Assembly (NCBI GenBank): GCA_021813945.1
Contig: JAKAJD010000002.1
Location: 173,936-237,935 of the forward strand
Source of the DNA: a bacterium
Lineage (GTDB): Bacteria > Patescibacteriota > Microgenomatia > Curtissbacterales > GWA2-41-24
DNA: 64,000 nucleotides
Reading direction: 5' to 3'
Shown here: positions 9,301 to 18,564 of the stretch, piece by piece
How positions within the stretch are numbered: position 1 is the stretch's first letter
Layout: every line of letters starts with the position of its first letter
Position numbers and translations under genes: made by a program
The notes under the pieces: generated by a model
The model's input: the letters and a program-made list of their open reading frames with translations, nothing else
What the model was told of the DNA's origin: nothing
Database searches by the model: none

Positions 9301-9957
9301 GTGCCAAGAATAACGGCAATTACTCCTCAAAAAAAGAAAATATCAAGATACAATATTTTTACAGACGACAAATTCGCCTTTGGAATAGAAGCGGAAAATT
9401 TACTGAAAAGAAATCTTAAAATAGGGCAAGAATTAAGCCAAGAAGAAACCAAAAAAATCATCAAAGAAGACAAACTTGGAAGTTTGCTAAATAAATCATT
9501 AAACTTTCTCTCCTTTCGACCTAGAAGCCAAAGCGAAGTAGAAGATTACTTGGCAAAAAAAATTGCAGCTGCAGAGGGCGTTAAATTTTCCGAAGCAAAG
9601 CAGAGTGTAATTATAATCCAAGTAGTAGATAAACTGAAAAATTATAAGTATTTAAATGATTATGAATTTGCCAAATGGCTTGTCGAGTCTAGGCTCACAT
9701 CAAACCCAAAAGGTCCAAAAATTATCGCTATGGAATTAAAAAGAAAAAAAGTTGATCAGGCAATAATCGAGAAAGTTTTAAATTCCCTCCCAAATCAAAA
9801 AGAGCTCGCTCTAAAATCACTCAAAAAAAAGCTAGAAAAATTTAATAAATTGACAAAACTCGACTTCAAGAAAAAGGTTTACATGTACCTAGGCTCAAGA
9901 GGTTTTGATTCTGAAACCATTCGCGAAACAATTGCCTTTTTAGAGAAAAAACGTTAA
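9301..9957 (+). CDS. recX: RecA regulator RecX
   Basis: Directly after recA; LSFRPRS...YLNDYEFA...GPKIIAMEL...LGSRGF. Confidence 0.9.
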   Translation: MPRITAITPQKKKISRYNIFTDDKFAFGIEAENLLKRNLKIGQELSQEETKKIIKEDKLGSLLNKSLNFLSFRPRSQSEVEDYLAKKIAAAEGVKFSEAKQSVIIIQVVDKLKNYKYLNDYEFAKWLVESRLTSNPKGPKIIAMELKRKKVDQAIIEKVLNSLPNQKELALKSLKKKLEKFNKLTKLDFKKKVYMYLGSRGFDSETIRETIAFLEKKR

Positions 9958-9960
9958 AAT
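9932..9960 (+). promoter_or_regulatory. Sigma70-type promoter upstream of the rny leader
   Basis: TTGCCT-17 bp-TAAAAT. Confidence 0.55.
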
Positions 9961-9966
9961 TCACAG

Positions 9967-10077
9967 TTAGATAACCAGCGTAGAAGTAAAATTACTTTTG
10001 TTATGAAAAGAAGTATTTTTGGTTTTCTTCAGACAAAAATTATTTAACCCACTCCGGGTTCTTCTTTGTTGGTTTTT
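9967..10077 (+). ncRNA. Candidate structured RNA (6S-like rod or rny 5' leader)
   Basis: Closing stem 9973-9986/10061-10074, inner stem 9996-10012/10023-10038, side hairpin AACCC-actcc-GGGTT; promoter directly upstream. Confidence 0.4.
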
Positions 10078-10082
10078 CAAGA

Positions 10083-11570
10083 ATGGCATATTACGACGAT
10101 AGAAATAAAAGACATGGCCAAAGCGGCTCTGCAAAGGTAGTTGTCTCAGTTGGCGATAATTCCTCCCAACATGGTTATCAAAGCCGGGACGCCAGGGACA
10201 TAATTCAAGATGCACGGGATGAGGCATTTCGAATCAAAAAAGCCGCAGAAGAAGAAGCGCGCAAAATTCGGCAAGAGTCTTTAGAAATAGAAGAAAGAAT
10301 CGCCCAAAAAGAAGAATCTCTCGACTCAAAGCTCTCGCAAGCATCTAAGCTTGAAGAAAAAATTGAATCTGCCAAAAAAGCTCTCGATCAAAAAGATCAA
10401 GAACTTACAAAAGTCAGATCAGAGCTTATTGAAAAACTTAGCAAGGTTTCTCAATTAACAGCTCAAGAAGCAAAGAAACTTATTCTAGAAAACGTTGAAG
10501 AGCAATTAAAAAGCGAAATTTCAAAAAGAATCAAAGAAGCAGAAGAAACGATTAAGGCAGAGTCAGCCGCAAAAAGCAAGGAAATTATTGTCAATGCCAT
10601 GATCTCGGGCGCCACGGATTGGGTTGCAGAGTATACCGTTTCGACAGTCAAACTTGAATCGGACGATTTGAAAGGAAGAATAATCGGAAAAGAAGGCCGA
10701 AATATCAGGTCCTTCGAGTTGGCAACCGGAGTTGATGTCGAGCTCGATAGCGACATCCAGGGTGAAGTTAGACTCTCCTCTTTTGACCCGGTTCGCCGCG
10801 AAGTTGCCAGAATAGCCTTAGAAGAGTTGGTCAAAGATGCTCGTATCCAACCAACAAGAATCGAACAAATCGTCCAAAAGGTGAAAGGTCATGTTCAATC
10901 GGACATGTCAGAAGCAGGCAAAAAAGCGGCCAACGAACTTGGTCTATACAACCTTCCACAGGAAGCGCTGGACACTTTAGGTCGTCTCAAATTTCGCTAT
11001 TCATACGGGCAAAACCAATTAATTGCAAGCTTGGAAACCGGAAAAATTGCCAAAAAAATCGCCCAGGAAATTGGAGCAAACGAAATTACATGTGCTACAG
11101 GAGGTCTCTTTCACGACATTGGTAAAACCGAGATTGACAAAGAAGGAACCCATGTTCAGCTTGGTGTCCAGCTTGCCAAAAAATGGAATTTCCCTCAGGC
11201 AGTAGTAGATTGTATCGCTCAACATCATGAAGATGAGCCTTTCAGCTCAATAGAATCAATAATCGTTCATGTTGCGGATGCTGTTTCTGGAGCCCGCCCT
11301 GGAGCCCGACACGAGGCTGTCGAGGATTATATAAAACGCCTTTCCGATATAGAAAATGTCGCTACTTCATTTCAAGGTGTCGAAAAGGCTTATGCAATTC
11401 AAGCGGGCAGAGAAGTCAGAGTAATTGTCCAACCGAACATAATAGACGACGAGGGTATCATCACTCTATCCCACGACATAAGACAAAAATTAGAATCGCA
11501 ACTAAATTATCCCGGGCAAATAGTGGTTACTGTTATTCGAGAGACCAGGGCGCAAGATATTGCCAAGTAA
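10083..11570 (+). CDS. rny: Ribonuclease Y-like protein (coiled coil, KH and HD domains)
   Basis: KGRIIGKEGRNIR KH motif, FHDIGK, ADAVSGARPGAR, YAIQAGREVRV. Confidence 0.92.
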   Translation: MAYYDDRNKRHGQSGSAKVVVSVGDNSSQHGYQSRDARDIIQDARDEAFRIKKAAEEEARKIRQESLEIEERIAQKEESLDSKLSQASKLEEKIESAKKALDQKDQELTKVRSELIEKLSKVSQLTAQEAKKLILENVEEQLKSEISKRIKEAEETIKAESAAKSKEIIVNAMISGATDWVAEYTVSTVKLESDDLKGRIIGKEGRNIRSFELATGVDVELDSDIQGEVRLSSFDPVRREVARIALEELVKDARIQPTRIEQIVQKVKGHVQSDMSEAGKKAANELGLYNLPQEALDTLGRLKFRYSYGQNQLIASLETGKIAKKIAQEIGANEITCATGGLFHDIGKTEIDKEGTHVQLGVQLAKKWNFPQAVVDCIAQHHEDEPFSSIESIIVHVADAVSGARPGARHEAVEDYIKRLSDIENVATSFQGVEKAYAIQAGREVRVIVQPNIIDDEGIITLSHDIRQKLESQLNYPGQIVVTVIRETRAQDIAK

Positions 11571-11598
11571 TTGTCTCCTTGTTATAATAACCCTTCAA

Positions 11599-11871
11599 AT
11601 GACAAAGAAAGAACTTACAGAAAGAGTAGCTAAAAAGGTCGGTTTGACCCGCAAATCGGCGGAACAGACCGTCAATGCTATCTTTGGCATAATTAAGGAG
11701 TCAATGGTAAAAGGTGACAAAGTCGTAATTACCGGCTTTGGAACTTTCAAAGTCAGAAAACGTGCTACACGTGCTGGAAGAAATCCTCAAACAGGTTCAT
11801 CAATAAAAATTGCCGGCCACAAACTTCCTGGATTTACCGCAGGCAAAACCCTTAAACGTCTTATAAAATAA
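11599..11871 (+). CDS. hup: DNA-binding protein HU
   Basis: MTKKEL...GFGTF...RAGRNPQTG; start at ATG 11599. Confidence 0.95.
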   Translation: MTKKELTERVAKKVGLTRKSAEQTVNAIFGIIKESMVKGDKVVITGFGTFKVRKRATRAGRNPQTGSSIKIAGHKLPGFTAGKTLKRLIK

Positions 11872-11882
11872 AATCAGAAAAA

Positions 11883-12212
11883 TTAAGCAGCCTTAGGAAG
11901 TTGATTCTTTTTTCTGGCAGCTCGTTTTTCTCGTACTTGCAATATGTATTTGGGCAAAGGTAAATGTCCAGAATTAGAAATGTTAATTATCTTACCAGAA
12001 GAAATTGGTAGTGGCTCAACTTCAATTCCTCCTCCCGACTCCTCATCCTCAACCTCTGCATCGCGCACCTCGGACCTAGTTGCACTTAAGGTTCGCATTA
12101 AGTCTTCAGTTATTTGGTATTGAGCAGAGTCTTTTGGGTTATCAAATACAATCACTTCACCTTTGATTGTTGTGACTGGTGAACCCACGACTCTATCTTT
12201 TCCGTTTCCCAT
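11883..12212 (-). CDS. Hypothetical protein
   Basis: 109-aa ORF with a TTGACT-17-TATATT promoter and GAGGAG upstream on the minus strand. Confidence 0.6.
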   Translation of the reverse strand: MGNGKDRVVGSPVTTIKGEVIVFDNPKDSAQYQITEDLMRTLSATRSEVRDAEVEDEESGGGIEVEPLPISSGKIINISNSGHLPLPKYILQVREKRAARKKNQLPKAA

Positions 12213-12295
12213 AAAAAAACCGCTCCTCGGCTGGTCGCAATATACAGCTTTTATGCCTGGAAGTCAAACAAAAACCTATGCTAAAATCACAAAAA

Positions 12296-13447
12296 ATGCA
12301 AAATACTTTTTACATCAAAACCTTTGGTTGTCAACAAAACCACGCAGACAGTCAAAGGATTGCAAGCTATTACTTAGCGCGCGGATTTAAAAAAGCAAAA
12401 ACTTCAAAATCTGCTACTGACATTGTCATAAACACATGCATGATCCGCCAATCAGCGGAAGACAGGGTAACGGGTTTGGTAAAAAACATTGCAAAATCTC
12501 GAAAAATCAAACCTAAAATCGTTGTAACAGGTTGTATGGTTGGTATGGCTACAAGAGACGAGACTGGTAAATACATCAAAGCTTTACGGCATCGAATGCC
12601 CGAAGTAGATGAATTTTTGCCGCTCGAAGAGGTAGGTTTCGACTACCCTGCTCTAAGATCCGACGTATCCCACGCTTGGGTCCCAATTTCCAATGGTTGT
12701 AACAACTTTTGCACCTTTTGCGTTGTTCCATTTACCAGAGGAAGAGAAATATCAAGACCATATGAAGGGATAATAAAAGAAATCGTTGATTTAGCTAAAA
12801 AAGGCTGCAAGGAAGTAACACTTCTTGGCCAAAATGTTAATTCATACGGATCAGACCTTATAAAAAATCAGAAAAGCTACAAATTACCAAACGGTAAAAC
12901 TGTGAAACCGGTTATGGTTAAACATTTGGGTAAATATCGAATACCAACACTATTTCCATATCTTTTAGAAGATGTTTGCAAAATTAAAGGGATCAAAACT
13001 GTTAAATTTATATCGTCAAACCCTTGGGATTTTTCAGATGAGCTCATTGCCACAATAGCTAGAAATAAAAAGATAGATCGAAACTTGCACATTGCTGTCC
13101 AATCTGGAGATGATAAAATTCTCAAAAAAATGAATAGGTGGTATACCAGATCTCAATACCAAAATCTCATCAAAAAAATTAAAACTCAAATTCCTAATGC
13201 CCAAATATCTACCGATATAATTGTCGGGTTTCCTGGTGAAAGCGAAAAAGAATTTCAAAACACTGTTAAATTGTCTAAAGCTGCAAATTTTACTTATGCT
13301 TATATTTCAAAATACTCGGACCGTCCCAGCACTGCCGCCCATAAGGCATTAGGTGATGATGTTACACATGCTGAAAAAGACAAACGTTTCCATATTCTAG
13401 ATGATTTAATTAACCATAAAGGAAATAAAAGGACTGCAATACGCTAA
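12296..13447 (+). CDS. miaB: MiaB-family tRNA methylthiotransferase (radical SAM), no TRAM domain
   Basis: KTFGCQQN, INTC, TGC (UPF0004 domain); GCNNFCTFC; LLGQNVNSYG; STDIIVGFPGE; miaA nearby. Confidence 0.88.
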   Translation: MQNTFYIKTFGCQQNHADSQRIASYYLARGFKKAKTSKSATDIVINTCMIRQSAEDRVTGLVKNIAKSRKIKPKIVVTGCMVGMATRDETGKYIKALRHRMPEVDEFLPLEEVGFDYPALRSDVSHAWVPISNGCNNFCTFCVVPFTRGREISRPYEGIIKEIVDLAKKGCKEVTLLGQNVNSYGSDLIKNQKSYKLPNGKTVKPVMVKHLGKYRIPTLFPYLLEDVCKIKGIKTVKFISSNPWDFSDELIATIARNKKIDRNLHIAVQSGDDKILKKMNRWYTRSQYQNLIKKIKTQIPNAQISTDIIVGFPGESEKEFQNTVKLSKAANFTYAYISKYSDRPSTAAHKALGDDVTHAEKDKRFHILDDLINHKGNKRTAIR

Positions 13448-13881
13448 TGAAAAATGTAAAAAGAAATTTTAATTTTCCCCAAGTTGGAATAGGTATCATG
13501 ATAAGAAAAAACGGAAAAGTTTTAATGCATCAGCGCAAAAATAGTCATGGATCTGGCGAATATGCGTTTCCAGGAGGACATTTAGAAAAAGGGGAATCTT
13601 TTGCAAATTGCGCCAGGCGAGAAACCAAAGAGGAAGCGGGAATCGAAATTAAAAATATAAAATTCCAATATCTTGCTAACGTAAAAAAATATCGCGATAA
13701 GCACTACGTCCACATCGGTCTAACCGCAGACTGGAGATCTGGCACCCCAAAAAATCTCGAACCTGAAAAAGGAACAGAGTGGTTTTGGGCTGATCCTCAA
13801 AAATTACCAAAGCCTTTATTTGAGATGTGTAAATTGAGCCTAAAATTTCTCAAAACTAAACGCAATTACCTAGATGCATAA
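13447..13881 (+). CDS. NUDIX hydrolase
   Basis: Nudix box GGHLEKGESFANCARRETKEEAG. Confidence 0.92.
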   Translation: MKNVKRNFNFPQVGIGIMIRKNGKVLMHQRKNSHGSGEYAFPGGHLEKGESFANCARRETKEEAGIEIKNIKFQYLANVKKYRDKHYVHIGLTADWRSGTPKNLEPEKGTEWFWADPQKLPKPLFEMCKLSLKFLKTKRNYLDA

Positions 13882-13894
13882 ATTTTGCAAATTG

Positions 13895-15418
13895 TTATAA
13901 CTTCTCCATATCCTTTTGGGTAAGGTTAAAAATTAACCATGTATACCCGATATTTCCGACTGGTTTTTTATCAAGCCGCCTAAGCCATTCGAAATTTCCG
14001 TATTTCCAAAGATTGTAATTATTGACATCAACGATAATTATCCCAGTCTCTGGAATTTGTGGTTCAACTTTTACATCTGGATGGCTTGCAATATAGCTTT
14101 GCAAAAAAAGATTATTTTGCCCCCAATCTAAGCTCGAATCGACGAAATATTTGTAAGCGTTATTGGGGCCGCCGAAGCCTTCATTAACATATTCTAAGAA
14201 ATGTGGTGCAATCGTTACAGTTTTTATAACGTACCAACAAATTAAAAAAATTAAAACAAAATCAAAAGTTCGGTGCCGCACGACAGATTTCGGCCTGTAA
14301 ATTACAATTTTACTCGCTAGAATGAAAATAAACGGATATATCGGCAAAAGATACCTAAGCCCAATCGCTATGTGATTTACAAAACTCATGTACCAAGTAA
14401 ATATGATAGTAAAGAATAAAAATACTGTTTCGGTTTTAGAACGAATGAACCCTTTTCTTAAGCCAAATATAAAAACAAAGAGAATTAGAATTAAAAGAGG
14501 AAGAGGTGTTTTTATAATAAATGTTGCAGGGAAGACGTACCAAGGCGCCTTAATATATTGCTGTCCCCAAAACCATCCCCACCAGCCCCCGCTAGAAGTT
14601 TTAAATTGAAGATCAAGCCCCATCAAAAACGGTTTTGGAAACAAATACAGGACCAATCTTAAAGGGCTGTTGGATAATAGGGATAAAATAGAGCTTTCAA
14701 AATAATTTGGTATCTGTAATGAGCCATGAAATAAATAGGCAGCATTTAAGATGAAAATTGAGATGGCGAAAGAAATTGCCAAACTTCCGGAAACTTTCAT
14801 AAATTCTTCTTTTTTGGTAACAAATAGTATGTAAACAAGAATAAATGGAAAAAGAACAAGTGCAGTATATTTCGTTAGTAAAGTAAACCCAAGGCATATT
14901 CCAAGAATAATTGCAGCTTTTAGTGTTCTCGTACTTATAAAGTAGGAAAATGAAAAAACCGAAAGTAAAAAGCCGAATGAGCTGATAAAATCAGGGGTGA
15001 TAAATCTACTGTGGGCGAGAATCTCTGGGTTAAACAAAAAAAGTGTTAAGGCCAGAAGTGCTGCCAAAAAGCCGTATATTGACATAGCAATAAAAAAAAC
15101 AGCTAATGCGAAAAAAGGAAAAAGTAGGATTATAGGAAATCTAGCCCAAAAAAGCTGAGAATTTACATCGCCAACAGTAGCATAATTAGAATAAATATTA
15201 GCAAGATAATACATCATTGGAGGATGCAATCTTTCATATACGTCACTCCAATCAGGATTTTTTATTAGATTTCGTGCAGCCGTTATATATTTTATTTCGT
15301 CAATATTTGCTGAAATATACTTCACCTGGTAGAGCTGGATTATTTGCGCTGCAATAATTACAGACAAAACAATAAATATTTTTATCGGCATATAGCTTCT
15401 TAACTTTATTAATTTCAT
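13895..15418 (-). CDS. GT-C fold glycosyltransferase (ArnT/PMT_2-like)
   Basis: Multi-TM; DE motif (NIDEIKY), HPP, TKYTA, RYLLP. Confidence 0.8.
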   Translation of the reverse strand: MKLIKLRSYMPIKIFIVLSVIIAAQIIQLYQVKYISANIDEIKYITAARNLIKNPDWSDVYERLHPPMMYYLANIYSNYATVGDVNSQLFWARFPIILLFPFFALAVFFIAMSIYGFLAALLALTLFLFNPEILAHSRFITPDFISSFGFLLSVFSFSYFISTRTLKAAIILGICLGFTLLTKYTALVLFPFILVYILFVTKKEEFMKVSGSLAISFAISIFILNAAYLFHGSLQIPNYFESSILSLLSNSPLRLVLYLFPKPFLMGLDLQFKTSSGGWWGWFWGQQYIKAPWYVFPATFIIKTPLPLLILILFVFIFGLRKGFIRSKTETVFLFFTIIFTWYMSFVNHIAIGLRYLLPIYPFIFILASKIVIYRPKSVVRHRTFDFVLIFLICWYVIKTVTIAPHFLEYVNEGFGGPNNAYKYFVDSSLDWGQNNLFLQSYIASHPDVKVEPQIPETGIIIVDVNNYNLWKYGNFEWLRRLDKKPVGNIGYTWLIFNLTQKDMEKL

Positions 15419-15447
15419 AAAATACTAATTAAGGACAATAACTTATG

Positions 15448-16716
15448 TTATCTCCAAGTTGAAAGCCACATGTAGTTGCCAATTGAAGTAGGATCGATTG
15501 GCAACCCAGAAGTAATCGGATAAAAATATAAAAAGCTTAATATAAAAAGTCCAATAATAAAAAGTGAAACAACCATCAGTTTAGTTTTATAAATTTCCTT
15601 GAAGCAATATCCCAGTCCAACTGCCAAAAAAGGAATAGAAGGTAAGTAGTGATAAAAGAATAGAATTCTAGGAGTAAAAATCCAGGGCAGCCAAAAAACA
15701 AAATAACCTAAAAGGATTAATAAAAATTTATCATTTCTTTCCTCAATATATTTTCCAATAATGTATGAAATACCAATTATTCCAACCCAAAGGACCAGTG
15801 GATTTCCTAATGCATATATGAAACCAGCCTTAGGTCCGTACTGCTCATAAGAAAAGTAAACGCCTCGCGCATCGAGTATCCACGGGCAAAAAGTTCTCGG
15901 ACCGTCGAGCCCTTGCGGTACACAAAAAATGGGAGTCGTGCCGTAAGAATGTTTAAGATCATGTCTGTTTTGATACCACCATATTTGTTTATGTAAATCT
16001 ATGAATTGTTGTATAGAATGCCCTTGAATCCAAAACTGTCCGTAAGAGCCAATGTACATAATCGCTGGAATAATGATAAGAAGTCCTAACTTGATATTTA
16101 TCTTTCTTTCTTTTAAATCAAGATAACCAAGGTATAAACCTACGGCCCCTATTGCATATAGCCCTGTCCATTTTGAAGCAACAGCAAGCCCCAAAAATAA
16201 GCTTGTTAAAATCAAGAGATTTAACCTTTTCTCTTTTGCGTACAGGGCAGCAAAAATAAATCCACAAAGGGAGAATAAATCGATAAAAGCATCATTCATT
16301 GTTATTCTGCTCATTACAAAAGTTAAATTCTCAAATGCAATAGTAGTTGCTGCAAATATCGCCGCAATTGGCCCAAACAAAATATATGCTAGTAAAAAAG
16401 TAACCGGAATTATTGCTGTTCCCACAATTACACTTGGAAGCCTCCACCCCAAAGGTTTATCTCCAATAATTTTTATTGATGCTGCCTGAATGAGTTTTGC
16501 TAAAGGTGGATGTAACCAGTCATATGCTGTGCCGGCCTTTGGTGCAGGGGAAAAAGGATCGTAAGGAGCTGGATTATTTTGAGCATAGGCTTCCGCTGTT
16601 ACAGCGTGGTAGACTTCATCAAAATAATAGTGGTTAGGCTCTGTGATTCTATATAATCTAAGGCCAAGAGAAAAGACTGTCAAAAATACAATAAAAATAA
16701 TGGAAATTCTTTTCAT
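15448..16716 (-). CDS. PMT-family (GT39-like) protein O-glycosyltransferase
   Basis: YFDEVYH, HPPLAKLI, GWRLPS, SKWTG, GNPLVLW, FFYHYLP. Confidence 0.85.
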   Translation of the reverse strand: MKRISIIFIVFLTVFSLGLRLYRITEPNHYYFDEVYHAVTAEAYAQNNPAPYDPFSPAPKAGTAYDWLHPPLAKLIQAASIKIIGDKPLGWRLPSVIVGTAIIPVTFLLAYILFGPIAAIFAATTIAFENLTFVMSRITMNDAFIDLFSLCGFIFAALYAKEKRLNLLILTSLFLGLAVASKWTGLYAIGAVGLYLGYLDLKERKINIKLGLLIIIPAIMYIGSYGQFWIQGHSIQQFIDLHKQIWWYQNRHDLKHSYGTTPIFCVPQGLDGPRTFCPWILDARGVYFSYEQYGPKAGFIYALGNPLVLWVGIIGISYIIGKYIEERNDKFLLILLGYFVFWLPWIFTPRILFFYHYLPSIPFLAVGLGYCFKEIYKTKLMVVSLFIIGLFILSFLYFYPITSGLPIDPTSIGNYMWLSTWR

Positions 16717-16751
16717 TTTAAATTAATTTTAAACAACAAAATCTCCATTAT

Positions 16752-18503
16752 CTAGTTTAGTTTAAAAATTCGAAAGGAATTATTCTGGAAAACAAGTCGA
16801 TAATTCCTCTCAAAAGCACTCACGTTCGCGTGCCAATCAAAAATAGCGGTTGGATCAACCACAACAAACTTTCCACTATAAGAATCAGCTATAAACTTCC
16901 AGACAACTGGATCAGAGTAAAACATTTTTAAGTCCTGCTCACGCTTTCCGTATTCAATGCCTCTTGTCCAAAGCCAACCTGGATATCCAACTAAAACGGG
17001 TCTTCCTGCAAGCGAGGATACAGGATTTAAATGACTCGAAGAGGTGATAATATTTTGGCCATATGGGAGATCATTTTTTATAAAATCGGCCATTTCAATT
17101 GCATCTGTATTAAAAATTATGGGAAGTTTTTCATTAGGAACTAAAAATCTGGGAATTTGATCGATGAAACCGGAAAAAGTTCCCAGGGTAAAAAACGCAA
17201 AAAACAAAATTGCCCCTAAAATTTTGCTATATTTCAAAAGCCAAACAAAAAAAGCTACAAATATAGGAGCTGCAAAAAACTGAAAATATACCAAAATTTT
17301 GTTATTGTCATAATCCCAAGGCTGGAATCTTACGAGCTGTACCGCCAAAAATAGCGTTGCTCCGCATAACCACCACCAGCCAATACCTTTAAATTGCAAC
17401 TTGAAACTGCGATGCCCGAAAACTATAAGGAATCCACCAATAATAAATATTGGAAGAACCACGCCAAAGTTTAAAATGAGAAAGTTGAAAAAGGGAAGGA
17501 TCGAACCGCCCAAAAATCCGCTTCGGGCATCAAATTTTATCGATCCGATTGTTGGTTCAACCATCCAACCGAGCCTAAATTTCAGAAATGATCCCCCAGA
17601 AATTGCTGACGTGTTCCCTTGGAGTAAATAAATAATTTGCGGTCCTGCGATTAAAAATATTAATGTTCCCAGAATCGCAAGTCTTCGAACTAACTCAGCA
17701 TTTTTCCTAACTATTGCCAAAATTCCCGTAACAGCAAGTATCAACCCCATTGCAATGAAAGTGTGGAAATGGCCTAAAGGGCCGATTCCAACAATAAGCC
17801 CCAAAATTATTGTCTTAATGTTGTTTTTCGGATTGCGTAACCAACTTTCTAAAACTAGCATGAATAGCGCGAAATCAAGTATTCCAAAGAAAAATGACCT
17901 TTGATGAAGTAAAACCAATGAAAGTGGTGCTCCCCATCCAATATTCTGGTTAGGAAATACAGCATCATATCTAGTAATCGTTGAAGCTGTCGTATTAACG
18001 AGATAGTTTATGAATCCTTCGAAACTATGATTTGCGTAAGTACCCAGATAATTTTGAAAATGCCAGTTTGCCCCGAAACCCGATCCGAAAAGAAAAATAA
18101 TAACTGCCAAAACTGCGGCCCAACCAGATTTCAAAAATTTTCTATAAATTAAAAAGGTTATTATTGTCGCAAGTGACATAAAAGTCATTGCAGGAAACTG
18201 CAGGGCAAAATACCATCTTCCGGTAGATTGCAGTATAAACCCGCTTATTAAATTGATTAAGAACGAATACCTCATCCGCTCACCTGTAAAAATTGGTTCG
18301 TTAAAATCGATCTTTTTCTCGAAGGCAAATTTTGAAACCTCAGTCATATGAAAAGGGATATCACCATAACCTGCAGCGGCAGCCCGCATGTTTCCTTGTT
18401 TATCTATCAAGAAGGTTTTTGAAATCAAAAAAAGGTGAAACAATATTACCAAAGATAAAACAAAAAAAGGCCCCCAAGAAATTCTAGAAATTGACCACTT
18501 CAT
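16752..18503 (-). CDS. Large polytopic membrane protein, probable GT-C glycosyltransferase
   Basis: Many TM helices, GDIPFH loop, C-terminal GRPVLVGYPGWLW; adjacent to GT-C genes. Confidence 0.65.
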   Translation of the reverse strand: MKWSISRISWGPFFVLSLVILFHLFLISKTFLIDKQGNMRAAAAGYGDIPFHMTEVSKFAFEKKIDFNEPIFTGERMRYSFLINLISGFILQSTGRWYFALQFPAMTFMSLATIITFLIYRKFLKSGWAAVLAVIIFLFGSGFGANWHFQNYLGTYANHSFEGFINYLVNTTASTITRYDAVFPNQNIGWGAPLSLVLLHQRSFFFGILDFALFMLVLESWLRNPKNNIKTIILGLIVGIGPLGHFHTFIAMGLILAVTGILAIVRKNAELVRRLAILGTLIFLIAGPQIIYLLQGNTSAISGGSFLKFRLGWMVEPTIGSIKFDARSGFLGGSILPFFNFLILNFGVVLPIFIIGGFLIVFGHRSFKLQFKGIGWWWLCGATLFLAVQLVRFQPWDYDNNKILVYFQFFAAPIFVAFFVWLLKYSKILGAILFFAFFTLGTFSGFIDQIPRFLVPNEKLPIIFNTDAIEMADFIKNDLPYGQNIITSSSHLNPVSSLAGRPVLVGYPGWLWTRGIEYGKREQDLKMFYSDPVVWKFIADSYSGKFVVVDPTAIFDWHANVSAFERNYRLVFQNNSFRIFKLN

Positions 18504-18564
18504 ATAAATCCATTATATTCGCTTTGTTCGTGTAATTTCTCGAAAGATTCAGAATCAAATATAA

